Below, piece by piece: positions 19,131-29,778 of a DNA stretch of 64,000 nucleotides (positions within the stretch are counted from its first letter, which is position 1; each line of letters begins with the position of its first letter). Below the pieces are notes generated by a model. It did no database searches. It had not been told where the DNA came from and saw only the letters and a program-made list of their open reading frames with translations. Location: contig JAYWIR010000071.1 of the NCBI GenBank assembly GCA_036172245.1, positions 62,001 to 126,000 of the forward strand, given 5' to 3'. Position numbers and translations under genes: made by a program. This DNA comes from Raillietiella orientalis (Eukaryota).

Positions 19131-22100
19131 TTACCTTGGATCCGCTTGGGTTCGGAGACTTCCTTCTATCCTTCTCAGGATGTGTCGGTAGTTCCAAACT
19201 TGCACTCGTCCGCAGTTTCGGATGCCAATCTCCTTCTGGATCAACCCTTGCAGGATCTCCATCGGAGATATGGCAGTCCTCGTGGTCCTCATCTTCCACC
19301 ACCGCACAAGGATGGCGGTGATGAAAAGGGCGATGGTCACTCTGACCATGGGATTGTAGCGTGGAACCGTTCCAGTTCCCTGGAACATTCCTGCCATTAC
19401 GTGCATGGTCGAGGCGTTGTTCAGCCCGATGACCCTTTTCAGGGTTGTCCACTCGGATTGCAATCTGGGGCAGGTCAACACGTGTCTACCTGAATCCAAT
19501 CCACCACATGCTTTGCAGGTTTCTTCTTCTCGTCGTCCCGTGAAGAGCGCTATTCTCGTGCCGCACAGGATCCCCCCATGATAAAACATGAGGAGATTGT
19601 CCTGTGTATCCGGCCAGTCGTCCCAGTTGGAAGACATCTCCAGGATGTGTCGCACGTCCATGTTGTTCAGGACGTGTGCAGGCGACTTCATCCCGGTTCC
19701 TCCCTCCTCCCTCGGACGACAAAGTGGCTTCAGGCGTACTCTCGGACGGTATCCTCCCCACAGGGTCTTCCTCTGTAGCTTTTCCAGTTCTCGCTTGGTG
19801 TCTTTCGACATGTTGCTGAAGGCCGCTCCGAAAAGTATCTTCGGAAGGAAAACTCCATTCCAAAGGTTGGCCCTCTGCTTCATGTTGAAGTCCGAGCGCG
19901 TGTACTTCGCTCCTTCTTCAGATACTTTCCCCAGGATTTCCTTCCACAACAGTTGGGATGCGGATGCATCACCAATGTGGATACCTAGGTACTTGATCGT
20001 GTCCACCGTACGGAAACCTTCACTCACGAGTGTTGTGAGGTCCAGGATGCCGACGGGCAAGAGTTTGCTTTTCTGGGCATTGATTTTAAGCCCCAATCCT
20101 TTCTCCATGAGCTCAACCACATGCAAGAAGCCTCGCTGATCTCTCTCCCCTTTGAGAAAGAAGAGAAGGTCGTCCGCGTAGGCGAGATGGGTGAGTCTCT
20201 GTTGGTCAACTTTGATTCCTCGGAGATACCCGGTTCTGTCGATGAACGACGAGAGGGCCTCCATGTAGATGACAAACAGCATCGGACTTAGCGCGTCGCC
20301 CTGACGGACTCCGCGTTCCATCCTGATGGCTGCTGTCGCTTCCCCATTGACGGTGATGCGGAATTCTTGGTCTTCTAGTACCATCCTGACGAAGTTGCTG
20401 AAGTATTCCGGGAGGCCCAGTCTTCCTAGAATCTTCAGCAGCATCCCATGGTCTACCGTGTCGAAGGCTTTCTCCATGTCAGTGAAGCTCAGCACCAAGT
20501 TCTCGCCTGTGTATCGGCTGAGTCCTATGGTGGCTTGAGCACACTTGACATTGTCCGACATGTGACGACCGGGCACCGCACATGTCTGGACCGGAGATAT
20601 AAGCCGCGGCATGACCTTGCCTAAGCGGTTGGCCCAAATCTTCGCCAACCACTTGGCATCGGAGTTCAGGATCGAGATTGGCCTCCATTGAGTGACCTGC
20701 GTGAGGTCACCGCCTTTCGGCAACAATCTCATCCGACTCTTGCTGATGGACTTTGGTATTCTTCCTTCTTCTTTGATGCATAGCGTCAGCTGGAGGAAGA
20801 GTCGCCGGTAGGCATGCAGATACCTCTGATAGTGGGAGATTGGAATACATTCAGGGCCTGCCGCCACATCCTTGCGAAGTTCCTCGAACGCAGCTTTCAC
20901 TTCTTCATTGGAGATATCTTCTTCCAGCATCTTCTTGCTCTTCTCGTCAATCCGGTTTTCCAGATGTTTCAGGAATCCTCGTTGATAGGTCTCGTCCGGT
21001 TGTTTCCTACGGAAGTGTTCTGCATAATGCCTGTGGAAGGCTTCTGCGATGTCTTCCGTCTTGCTCTTCGTCTGGCCTGCGTACTGGATGCTGAAGATAT
21101 CTGTTGCCAGATTCTTCTTCTCCAGTACGCCAACTTCACCCTTGATGCTGTTGAAGACGTAGCGGCTCTGATACTGTTGCCAGTACTTGGAGAGCGAGCG
21201 ATCTTGGATGTTGAGCTCGCGGTACGCCTCCTTCCTCAGTCTCTTGTCTCCAAACTTTATGTTGCAGAACAAATGGATGCGGTGCTTGAGGCTGTCCCAA
21301 TCGGCGACCCTGCTGATGGTTGTAGTTTGCAGGATCACCTCCATCAGATCTTGATGATGGGGATGGGTCTCGAACCATTGGGGCATGGTGAGAATTGCCT
21401 CCCTCGTTGCCTTGCTTCGTCGAGGGTTTTCCGTCCGCAAGGTGAACCTCATCAACGGATGATCGGACACAGAGTGGGGAGTGTCTCGAAAACCGAGGAC
21501 TCGGTTCCCAATGTCGGCACTGTAGAGGACGTGGTCGATCGGCTTGTGGCTCGCAGTCAGCCACTGAAGTCCGAACTCGTCGGAAAGCCGCCGATACGCC
21601 TCCCTTCCTCTGACGTCCCGGGAATAGATGACTTCATCCAGGATGTTGAAGTCCCCAACGATGATGACGATGTCCTTCGCCTGCACTTTCTGGCGGAGGG
21701 CTTCATGAAGCACCTCCGCGCACTGGTGCTTTAGGTGGTGCGGCCCGTAAACGTTCACCAGGAAGAGGTGAACGTTCGCGGACCAGGACAATCGTGAGAC
21801 GAGAATTCTTCCAGGGACGGGACAGAAGACTTCCAGGATGGTGGCGGCAAGGTGGTTCTTGATTGCCGTTGCCACCCCCATGGTGTACCTCTGTCCCACG
21901 CTGGTGAACAGCTGGACGTTCATTCGTCTCTCCAATTCCAGGCTGATCTGCTGCCCCATCTCGTGGGTTTCCTGCAGGCAAACAATGTCGAAATGCCTGA
22001 TCTTATGGGCTATTCTTCGTCTTCGCACCTGATCTTGCATTCCATTAACGTTCCAGGAGGCGATGGTCAGTCTCCCGGCTGTCGACAAGGATGAGACCAT
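19131..22100 (-). CDS. E3 ORF2, APE-RT with in-frame deletion of ~181 codons between RT and the zinc finger
   Basis: SWNVNG, GDFN, SDH, GVRQGD, YADD. WDDWP is joined directly to DTQDNLLMFYHGG, which are 181 codons apart in E4. Confidence 0.9.
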   Translation of the reverse strand: MVSSLSTAGRLTIASWNVNGMQDQVRRRRIAHKIRHFDIVCLQETHEMGQQISLELERRMNVQLFTSVGQRYTMGVATAIKNHLAATILEVFCPVPGRILVSRLSWSANVHLFLVNVYGPHHLKHQCAEVLHEALRQKVQAKDIVIIVGDFNILDEVIYSRDVRGREAYRRLSDEFGLQWLTASHKPIDHVLYSADIGNRVLGFRDTPHSVSDHPLMRFTLRTENPRRSKATREAILTMPQWFETHPHHQDLMEVILQTTTISRVADWDSLKHRIHLFCNIKFGDKRLRKEAYRELNIQDRSLSKYWQQYQSRYVFNSIKGEVGVLEKKNLATDIFSIQYAGQTKSKTEDIAEAFHRHYAEHFRRKQPDETYQRGFLKHLENRIDEKSKKMLEEDISNEEVKAAFEELRKDVAAGPECIPISHYQRYLHAYRRLFLQLTLCIKEEGRIPKSISKSRMRLLPKGGDLTQVTQWRPISILNSDAKWLAKIWANRLGKVMPRLISPVQTCAVPGRHMSDNVKCAQATIGLSRYTGENLVLSFTDMEKAFDTVDHGMLLKILGRLGLPEYFSNFVRMVLEDQEFRITVNGEATAAIRMERGVRQGDALSPMLFVIYMEALSSFIDRTGYLRGIKVDQQRLTHLAYADDLLFFLKGERDQRGFLHVVELMEKGLGLKINAQKSKLLPVGILDLTTLVSEGFRTVDTIKYLGIHIGDASASQLLWKEILGKVSEEGAKYTRSDFNMKQRANLWNGVFLPKILFGAAFSNMSKDTKRELEKLQRKTLWGGYRPRVRLKPLCRPREEGGTGMKSPAHVLNNMDVRHILEMSSNWDDWPDTQDNLLMFYHGGILCGTRIALFTGRREEETCKACGGLDSGRHVLTCPRLQSEWTTLKRVIGLNNASTMHVMAGMFQGTGTVPRYNPMVRVTIALFITAILVRWWKMRTTRTAISPMEILQGLIQKEIGIRNCGRVQVWNYRHILRRIEGSLRTQADPR

Positions 22101-22112
22101 AAAAAGGTGGTT

Positions 22113-23741
22113 TTAGTTTTTGGCCTTCCGCAACTTCTTCTGGCGGGGAGACCTTTCTCTCCTTACCGCCGTCGAAGCTGGCTTCTCACTCCCGCCATCG
22201 CTCTCTGTGCCGGTGTGGTCTGTTGTATCGTTATCTTGTTCGTTGGAGCGCTCTAGCTTGGCGACTGTTTTGCGCGGAAGGGTCTCCAGGGAGACCTTGG
22301 CGCAGTAGTTCGCTTTTACGACGCAGAGCTTGTTCTCCAGCCTGCCGCGTTCTTCCGGGTCTATGAGGGCGTTGATTCCCTCCTGTGTTTCACCAATGCG
22401 TGACAGGAGCTTCGCCTGCTGCACTTGGTTCACCTCCGTCTGTACTTCCTCCGCCAGCTTCACCACCTCCTCGGTGAGCTGCGCCGCCTCTTGCGAAGCC
22501 GGGGTAGCTTCGGTGATTTCCATCACCTCAGCTTCCGGCACTCCCTTCTGCGCAACAACCTCCTGCTGTTGCTCCACTACCTCGCCAACCGCCTGCTCGC
22601 CAACCTGCTGCATCTCCTCGCCTACCTGCTTCTCGGCCTGTGCAGAGGAGGAGGATTCTGGCTTCCTCACGAGCATCCTCCTCTTGCCGCCCTTCCCCAC
22701 CGTAGTAAAGCCGTCCTCAGAAACGGGAGCGGCCTCCTTCGCCTTCCTCTGCTTCAGTGCTCGTTGAGGCTTGATCACCCCTTCGAGCACTCGCGCCCTG
22801 ACCGGTGACTGGCCCCTCATCGTCCGGTAATTGGCAAACTCGGGGCAGCACCATTTTGCGTGCCCTGGGGCCTTGCAAAATGAGCATACCTCCGGCATGC
22901 TGCAATCACGGACTTGGTGGCCTTGCTTCCCACAGCGGAAGCATTTGGACCTTGGGCAGACGCGCTGCCTGTGTCCGAAGGATTTGCAACCGTTGCAGAA
23001 AACGGGTTGCGCCCTGTACCGCACAGAGACTCCCTGGTCATCCCCCTCGAAATGTATGGTCCCAGGAATCTGGGCATCTTCCAACAGCTTTATCTTCACC
23101 GTTGCTTCACCCGAAAAGATCTTCCCCGAGATGTTGTGGAAATTGCTGTCCAGTACCTCGCCGTACTGCGACAGGCGTTTCCACACCGCCTTCTGTGTGA
23201 TAAACGGCCCTAGCCCGCTCAGAAAAACGGTGGTGTACGGCATTTCGCCGACTCCACACACCATTTTGCCCTGGATGTTGATTCCTTTTTCGATGAACTC
23301 CTGGCGGAGTTCATCGCACTCTGTGTAGATCGTGAACCCGAATGGCCCGGGCACGATCGCCTGCAACTTATCAAAGTCTACCTGTTGCTTGTACAGCGCG
23401 AGGTAGACTTCCCGAATGTTATGCATTCGGATTAAACCGGTCTTGAACGTGACCGTCTTGACGTTTGGGCCCAACTTGAATATGGGCTCGTCAACGTCCC
23501 TGATCGGCCCGGACTCGGGCTTTCCGAATTTTCTCTGCGGCTGGGTTGTTGCCGTCCCAGCCGCCACCGCCGCATAGGAAAACGTTGCCGCCGCCGGCGG
23601 CCGCCCCACGGTCGCAGCCGCCGCGCAAGATGGCGTCGCGTCATTAGCAACGGTTTGGCCTACGAGCCCTGCCGTTGCTAGGGGCGCTTCCGCCGTCGCC
23701 GCCGCCTTCGCAGCCACCACCGTGGCCTGCCTTGCCACCAC
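22113..23741 (-). CDS. E3 ORF1 (RRM-like + 3 CCHC knuckles); in-frame TAA at 23769-23771 separates it from the upstream ATG
   Basis: CNGCKSFGHRQRVC, CFRCGKQGHQVRDC, CSFCKAPGHAKWCC. Confidence 0.82.
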   Translation of the reverse strand: MVARQATVVAAKAAATAEAPLATAGLVGQTVANDATPSCAAAATVGRPPAAATFSYAAVAAGTATTQPQRKFGKPESGPIRDVDEPIFKLGPNVKTVTFKTGLIRMHNIREVYLALYKQQVDFDKLQAIVPGPFGFTIYTECDELRQEFIEKGINIQGKMVCGVGEMPYTTVFLSGLGPFITQKAVWKRLSQYGEVLDSNFHNISGKIFSGEATVKIKLLEDAQIPGTIHFEGDDQGVSVRYRAQPVFCNGCKSFGHRQRVCPRSKCFRCGKQGHQVRDCSMPEVCSFCKAPGHAKWCCPEFANYRTMRGQSPVRARVLEGVIKPQRALKQRKAKEAAPVSEDGFTTVGKGGKRRMLVRKPESSSSAQAEKQVGEEMQQVGEQAVGEVVEQQQEVVAQKGVPEAEVMEITEATPASQEAAQLTEEVVKLAEEVQTEVNQVQQAKLLSRIGETQEGINALIDPEERGRLENKLCVVKANYCAKVSLETLPRKTVAKLERSNEQDNDTTDHTGTESDGGSEKPASTAVRRERSPRQKKLRKAKN

Positions 23742-23969
23742 CGCCGCTGTGGCGCCAGAAACACACGATTACCCTACCTCCATGGGCTGAGGCTTCTCCG
23801 TGGTTCCCATCCACCGCTGCTCTTGCATCTTGACGGGGTGCTGCTGCACCGCCGCCGGGGAGGGTCGCGACTCCTCCACCTTGGACTCCCTATGGCTGCT
23901 GCTGCTGCTGCTGCACTCGCTGTGGGACGTCCTGAGTAGCGCACTCACTGTTTTTTTTCACTATTCACT

Positions 23970-24089
23970 TGCACTCTCGATGCACGCAAAAATTTCCGCG
24001 GCAGTGGTTTTACGCACTGCCTTGGCGGGGTATCGGGTAAAGTTTTCAACTAGCAATAATCGCGGCTCAGTCGCCTTCCTCGCCTCGAT
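23970..24089 (-). ncRNA. U4: 5'-truncated U4 snRNA copy (nt 20-140, T24 deleted) between E2 and E3
   Basis: 120 nt; 1-nt deletion at U4 nt 24; variant terminal hairpin TGCAT-CGAGA-GTGCA. Confidence 0.93.
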
Positions 24090-24243
24090 TTTCCCCAAGT
24101 CCCACAAGGGGTGGGGTAAATTTATTTTCTATAAAAATACAATTTTGCATTCACACTCGCATTCACACTCACATTCACTCTATGTTTCCTCTTTGTTTTT
24201 CACTTTGAAGTCCTGGGGGGTACACTAGAGTACTGCTTTTACC

Positions 24244-27200
24244 TCAGGGTGGATTTCCAGCTGGATGGTCCCGGGCGTCGTCCTCGATCCTCTTCAGGAT
24301 GAATCTGTACGTCCATGCTTGGATGCGTCCACAATTCCTGATGCCGATCTCCTTCTTGATGAGTCCTTGCAGGATCTCCATCGGGGTTGCGGCTCTGCTG
24401 GCTCTTCTCATCTTCCACCACCGCACAAGTATGGCGGTGATGAAGAGGGCAATGGTCGTCCTCACCATGGGATTGTAACAGGGAACATTACCATTTCCCT
24501 GAAACATCCCGGCGAGGATCTCCATCACGGAACTGGTCGTCATTCCAATGATCCTTTTCAGGATCAGCCAGTCGTGAAGGAGTGTGGGACACGTCAAGAT
24601 GTGAAGTCTTGTATCGTTGTCACCACACGCCGTGCAGTCTCCGTCTTCCCGTCTTCTGGTGAAGTGCTTGAGTCTGGACCCGCTCAGGATTCCTCCATGG
24701 TAAAACATCAGGAGGTTGTCCTGGGTGTCCGGCGGGAGGTCACTCCTCCAGAGCGTTGTGCCGATCGCCAACAGGTTGAAGCGATCGCTCCCGTAGCGGT
24801 CGGCGGCTTCTTGGAGGGCACTGGTGTCCTTTTCCTCTTCTCTGATCATCTTCCGGAGGTTCATTTTGGTCACCCTCGACCACGCGAAGTCGTTGTCGTT
24901 AATCCACACCTCGCGGGTCTGGTGGGTGAACCTCCCTAACATCATCTCTATGTACCGGAGTACACGAGAATGATGTAGGTATCCTCCTCGGCGCCATTCC
25001 TTGATCCGTTGCAGGGTAACTCTGGGCCGCTGGTAGATCCAGCTTCTCGTGTCCGGAGGGACCGGAAGCATCCAAGGGATCACCAGGATGGACTCGTCCT
25101 GCCAGAGTTCCCTGCTTCTTGGTACGATCTTCATCTTGTGCTTTCGCACAAGCCGCTGTTTTCTTCTCCAGGTAGGGTCGATAGTGATCCATTCCCCTGC
25201 TCGGCCTAGCAGCGCAGTCATCAGGCCTTTCGAGTTGTTGAGCAACAACGCGTAAGCCCTGTGCGCCGCATACGGCCAGTCATCCCAGTGAGTGGCTATG
25301 TCCAGGATGTGTCGCGTATCCATGATTTCCATGGAATGTGCAGGCGACTTCATCCGGAACCGCCTTCTTCCCTGGGACGACACACAGGTTTGAGACGGAC
25401 TCTTGGGCGATAATGGCCTTACAAAGTTTTCCTCTGCAGCTTTTCTACTTCTCTTGTGGTTTCTTTATTCATTCGTGCGAAGGCCGCCCCGAAGAGTATC
25501 TTTGGTAGAAGTACTCCGTTCCACAGGTTGGCTCTTCGCTTCATGTTAAAGTCCACTCGAGTGTACTTCGCTGCTTCCTTGGCCGTTTTCCCCAGGATTT
25601 CCGTCCACAGGAGTTTCGACGCAGAGTCGTCGCCGATGTAGACTCCCAGGTACTTGGCCGTGTCCACCGTACGGAATCCACTCCCCGTTAGAGTGGAGAG
25701 GTTCAGGATTCCGACGGGCAAAAGCTGGCTCTTTTGGGCATTGATTTTCAAGCCCAGTCCCCGTTCCATGAGGTCGACCACATCCAGGAACGCTCGTTGA
25801 TTCCTCTCTCCCTTGATGAAGAAGAGGAGATCATCTGCGTATGCCAGATGGGTCAGGTGCTGACCATCAATGGAAATCCCTGATAGACGACCGCTTCTCT
25901 CGATGTAAGAAGACAGCGCCTCCATGTATATGACGAACAGCATTGGACCTAGCGAGTCGCCCTGCCGGACTCCTCGTTCCATCCTAATTGCTGCCGTCTC
26001 TTGGTCGTTGATCTTGATACGGCAGTACTGGTTTTAAAGTACCGCCCTCACGAAGTTGCTGAAGTGTTCCGGAAGCCCTAGCTCCTCCAGAACCTTCAGC
26101 AGCATCCCGTGGTCGATGGAGTCGAAGGCTTTCTTTATGTCGGTGAACACCAGCACCAGGTTCTCGCCGACGTATCGGCTGAGACCGACGGTGGCCTGGG
26201 CACACTTGACATTGTCAGACATGTGTCGTCCTGGGACTGCACACGTCTGGACCGGAGAGATCAGCCTCGACATGACCCTGCCTAAGCGGTTGGACCAGAT
26301 CTTCGCCAACCACTTGGCATCTGAGTTTAGGATTTAGATAGGCCTCCATTGAGCGATCTGCGTGAGATCGCCTCCTTTTGGCAGCAATCTCATCCTGCTC
26401 TCGTAGAAGGATTCCGGAAGTCGTCCTTCTTCTCGGATGCAGCGTGTCAACTGGTGGAACAAACGCAGGTAGGCGTGCAGGTACCGCTGATAGTGCGAGA
26501 TGGGTACACTATCAGGGCCTGCTGCCACATCCTTGCAAAGCTGCCCAAACGCAGTCTTCACTTCTTCTTCGGAGAACTCCTCCTCCAGTCTACTTCTTTG
26601 GAGGTCGTCCGTCCTCTTCTCGAGGTAACCCAGGAAGGCTTGCTGACTCGAGCGGCAGAGATCTTGTCGTCGGAAGTGTCTCGCGTAATGCCTGTGAAAG
26701 GCTTCCGCGATATCCTCCGACGTGTGTCGCTCTTGGCCGTCGCACTGGATGCAGAAGATATCTGTCGCCAGATTCCTCTTTTCGAGCACGCCGACCTCCC
26801 CTTTCATGTTCTGGAAGACGTACCGACACTCGTACTGATCGAAGTACTTCGAGAGGGAGCGATCTTGGATGTTCAGCTCCCGGTACGCTTTCCGCCTCAT
26901 ACGCTTACAAAAATACTGCATATTGCAGAACAGATTGATCCTGTGCTTCAACCTGTCCCAGTCGGCGACTCTGCGGATGGTGGTGTCCCGCAGAATCGCC
27001 TCGATGACCTCCTGGTGACAGGGAAGCGTTTCGAACCAGGCGGGCATGCAGATGAGCGCCGCCCTGGTGGCCTTTACCCTACGGGGATTTTCAGTGCGGA
27101 GTGTAAACCGTACCAATGGGTGATCGGACAACAGATGTGGAATGTCACGAAAACCCTGGATGCGTTTGTCTATCTCCGCGCTGTGGAGGACGTGATCGAT

Positions 27201-27761
27201 CGGCTTGTGGCTAGCTGTTCGCCACAAAAGTCCGAACTCGTCGGACAGCAGCCGATACGCCGCTCTTCCCCTTGCATCCTGAGAATACTTGATTTCATCA
27301 AGGATGTTGAAATCCCCAGCGACGATGACTATGTCCTTCGGTGCCACTCGTTTGCGGAGTTCTTCTTGCAGTTTCTCCGCGCACCGATGCTTGATCTTGT
27401 GCGGTCCGTAGACGTTCACCAGGAAGAGGTGAACGTTACTGGACCAGGACAGTCGCACGCCGATTACTCTGCCAGGTACCGGACAGAAAGTTTCCAGAAT
27501 GGTGTGGGCGAGCTCGTTCTTGATGAGGATCGCCACCCCCATGGTCTTCTTCTGTCCCTCGCTGGCGAACAGTTGTCCGTCGAATCGGCGTTCCATCTCC
27601 AGGGCGTTCTGCTGCCCGAGACGGTGGATTTCTTGTAGGCACACCACATCCTGTCTTGCGATGGTCCGCATGACACTTTTTCTCTTTCCCTGGTCCGTCA
27701 GTCCATTCACATTCCAGGAGGCGATGTTAATCCTCCTGGCACTGGACAGCAACCAGGCCAT
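24244..27761 (-). pseudogene. E2 ORF2 pseudogene (APE-RT)
   Basis: TAA stops at 26334-26336, 26034-26036 and 25419-25421, plus a 1-nt deletion near 25354, relative to E1. Confidence 0.9.
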
Positions 27762-27777
27762 GAAATGGGGGGGAGTT

Positions 27778-29649
27778 CTACTTCACCTTTCTTGCCTTCC
27801 TTAGCTTCTTCTGCTGGGGAGACTTGTTCAGTTTCTCTGCTGAAGAAGTGGGTTTTTCACTGCCGGCATCGCTCTCGGTGCCGGTGTGATCAGTGGACTC
27901 CTGTTCGTCCACAGAGCGTTCCGCCTTGGCGACCACCTTGCGCGGAAGGGTCTCCAGTGAGACCGTCGCAAAGAATGCCGCCTTCAGGTCGCCCAGCTGG
28001 TCCTCCAGCTTTTCCCGCTCTGGTTCTACAACCATGCGGTTTACGTCGTCTTGGACCTCGCAGATGCGGTTCAGGATTTTTGCCTGTTCCGCCTCCGGTT
28101 GGCCCTGGCGAACCTCCTCTGCCAGTTTAACCACCTCCTCGGAAAGTTGCAGGGCCTCCTGCGTCTCCGGGACTGGTTCTGGCGTCTTCTCCTCCTTCTC
28201 CGTTTCCTCCGCCACCTCCATACTCTCGCCTACCGCTGCTTCAACAACCGGGGTTTGAGGAATCTGTTGCTCCCTTGCGAGCATCTTCCTTTTCCCCTTC
28301 TTCCCCACCTCCACGAAGCCGTCTGCCGAAACCGGAGCGGCCTCTCTTGCTTTCCTCTGCTTTGCTAGCTGAGGTTTGATTACCTCAGCTAGCACCCTTT
28401 CCCTCACCGGGGACTCTCCTCTAATCGTCCGGTAGTTTGCATACTCCGGACAGCTCCATTTCGCATGCCCTGGTTGCTTGCAAAAGGAGCATAGCTCGTG
28501 CATGCTACAGTTCCGGACCTGGTGGCCCTGTTTCCCGCACCTGAAGCAGCGAGATCTAGGGCAGGCACCCATCCGGTGGCCAAAGTCCTTGCAACCGAGA
28601 CAGAAGATCGGTTGCTGACGGTACCTGACGTTCACCTCTTGCGAGGCTTCGTCAATGTGCACCAAACCGGGGATTTGGGCACCTTCTTTAAGCTTAATTT
28701 TGGCGATTACTTCGCCCGAGAAGATGTCTCCGGAGATGTTCTGGAAGTTTACATCCAGAACCTTTCCGTATTTCTCCAGGAAATCCCACACCGTTTCTTG
28801 CTCGGTGAAGATTCCCACTCCTCTGAGGTGGACGGTGGTGTAAGGCATTTCTCCTACTCCTTGTACCATTTTTCCCTGAATATTGATGCCCTTTTCGATT
28901 AGGGCCTCCCGCAATTCCTCGCAGTCCGTGTACAGTGTAAAACCTGACGTGCTGGGAATGATCGCTTGGAGAAGATCAAAGTCGACGTTGGTTGTAAAGA
29001 GAGCACAGTACACCTCTCTTACGTTGTTAAACCGGATCAATCCGGTCTTAAACATAATTGGTTTCGACGCTGGACTTAGGCGAACCATTGGTTCTTTGCA
29101 TCGCGTGATGCGTCCAGTCGTCGGCTTCCTGAATGTTCGGTTTGGCTGGGCAGAGGCCTGCCCCGCCGTAACCGACGCATACGAAAACGGCTTTGTAGCC
29201 GAACCCGAACAAGATGGCGTCGCCATGTACGCCGCGTGGACGCCCGGGGCTCCCGCCTGGGACGCCGCCGCCGCCGCTGCGGGCGCAACCCTCGTCGTCG
29301 CCGTCGCCGATGTCGCCGTAGGCGGGACCTTCGGCATCGCCGCCGCCGGCACGACCTTCCCCGCCGCGGGCGCGATCCTCGGCGTCGCCGCCGCCGGCGC
29401 AGCAAAGCCTGCCGCGGGCGCGACCCTCGGCGTCGCCGCTGCCTCCTCGCCACTGCCGCATATTACCTCCATGTGTTCTTCCATGAGGGTCGACGGCTGC
29501 TCCACTTCCAGACGGTGCCTCCTTGCGGCTGCCGTTGCTGCCGCACTTCCTGTTTGGAGGACTTCCACCTCGGGTCCTTCGGCGCTGCTGCTGCTGCTGC
29601 TGTCGGGTATTTCCGTCGGTGGCACAGTTACTTCCACACTATCTTTCAC
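27778..29649 (-). CDS. E2 ORF1 (RRM-like + 3 CCHC knuckles)
   Basis: CLGCKDFGHRMGAC, CFRCGKQGHQVRNC, CSFCKQPGHAKWSC; open frame. Confidence 0.87.
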   Translation of the reverse strand: MKDSVEVTVPPTEIPDSSSSSSAEGPEVEVLQTGSAAATAAARRHRLEVEQPSTLMEEHMEVICGSGEEAAATPRVAPAAGFAAPAAATPRIAPAAGKVVPAAAMPKVPPTATSATATTRVAPAAAAAASQAGAPGVHAAYMATPSCSGSATKPFSYASVTAGQASAQPNRTFRKPTTGRITRCKEPMVRLSPASKPIMFKTGLIRFNNVREVYCALFTTNVDFDLLQAIIPSTSGFTLYTDCEELREALIEKGINIQGKMVQGVGEMPYTTVHLRGVGIFTEQETVWDFLEKYGKVLDVNFQNISGDIFSGEVIAKIKLKEGAQIPGLVHIDEASQEVNVRYRQQPIFCLGCKDFGHRMGACPRSRCFRCGKQGHQVRNCSMHELCSFCKQPGHAKWSCPEYANYRTIRGESPVRERVLAEVIKPQLAKQRKAREAAPVSADGFVEVGKKGKRKMLAREQQIPQTPVVEAAVGESMEVAEETEKEEKTPEPVPETQEALQLSEEVVKLAEEVRQGQPEAEQAKILNRICEVQDDVNRMVVEPEREKLEDQLGDLKAAFFATVSLETLPRKVVAKAERSVDEQESTDHTGTESDAGSEKPTSSAEKLNKSPQQKKLRKARKVK

Positions 29650-29657
29650 TAGGCACT

Positions 29658-29778
29658 TGCCCTCTCGGGGAACGCAAAAATTGCCGCGGCAGTGGCTTTA
29701 CGCACTGCCTTGGCGGGGTATTGGGTAAAGTTTTCAACTACCAATAATCGCGGCTCAGTCGCCTTCCTCGCCTACGAT
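29658..29778 (-). ncRNA. U4: 5'-truncated U4 snRNA copy (nt 20-140) between elements E1 and E2
   Basis: 121 nt nearly identical to U4 nt 20-140 with a few substitutions; lacks the U4/U6 stem II segment. Confidence 0.93.

Larger units (their letters stand above)
18968..23969 (-). mobile_element. E3: Tx1-like element, family C (diverged from A), internally deleted
   Basis: ORF1/ORF2 homologous to but clearly diverged from family A; 3' end joined to U4 nt 24. Confidence 0.92.
24090..29657 (-). mobile_element. E2: Tx1-like element, family A, ORF2 inactivated
   Basis: ORF2 region nearly identical to E1/E4 but interrupted; same 3' end joined to U4 nt 20. Confidence 0.92.

Noticed and set aside
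19600..19625. E3 deletion as a spliced-out intron
   Set aside because: The corresponding E4 segment has no AG acceptor at the right boundary; microhomology explains it better.
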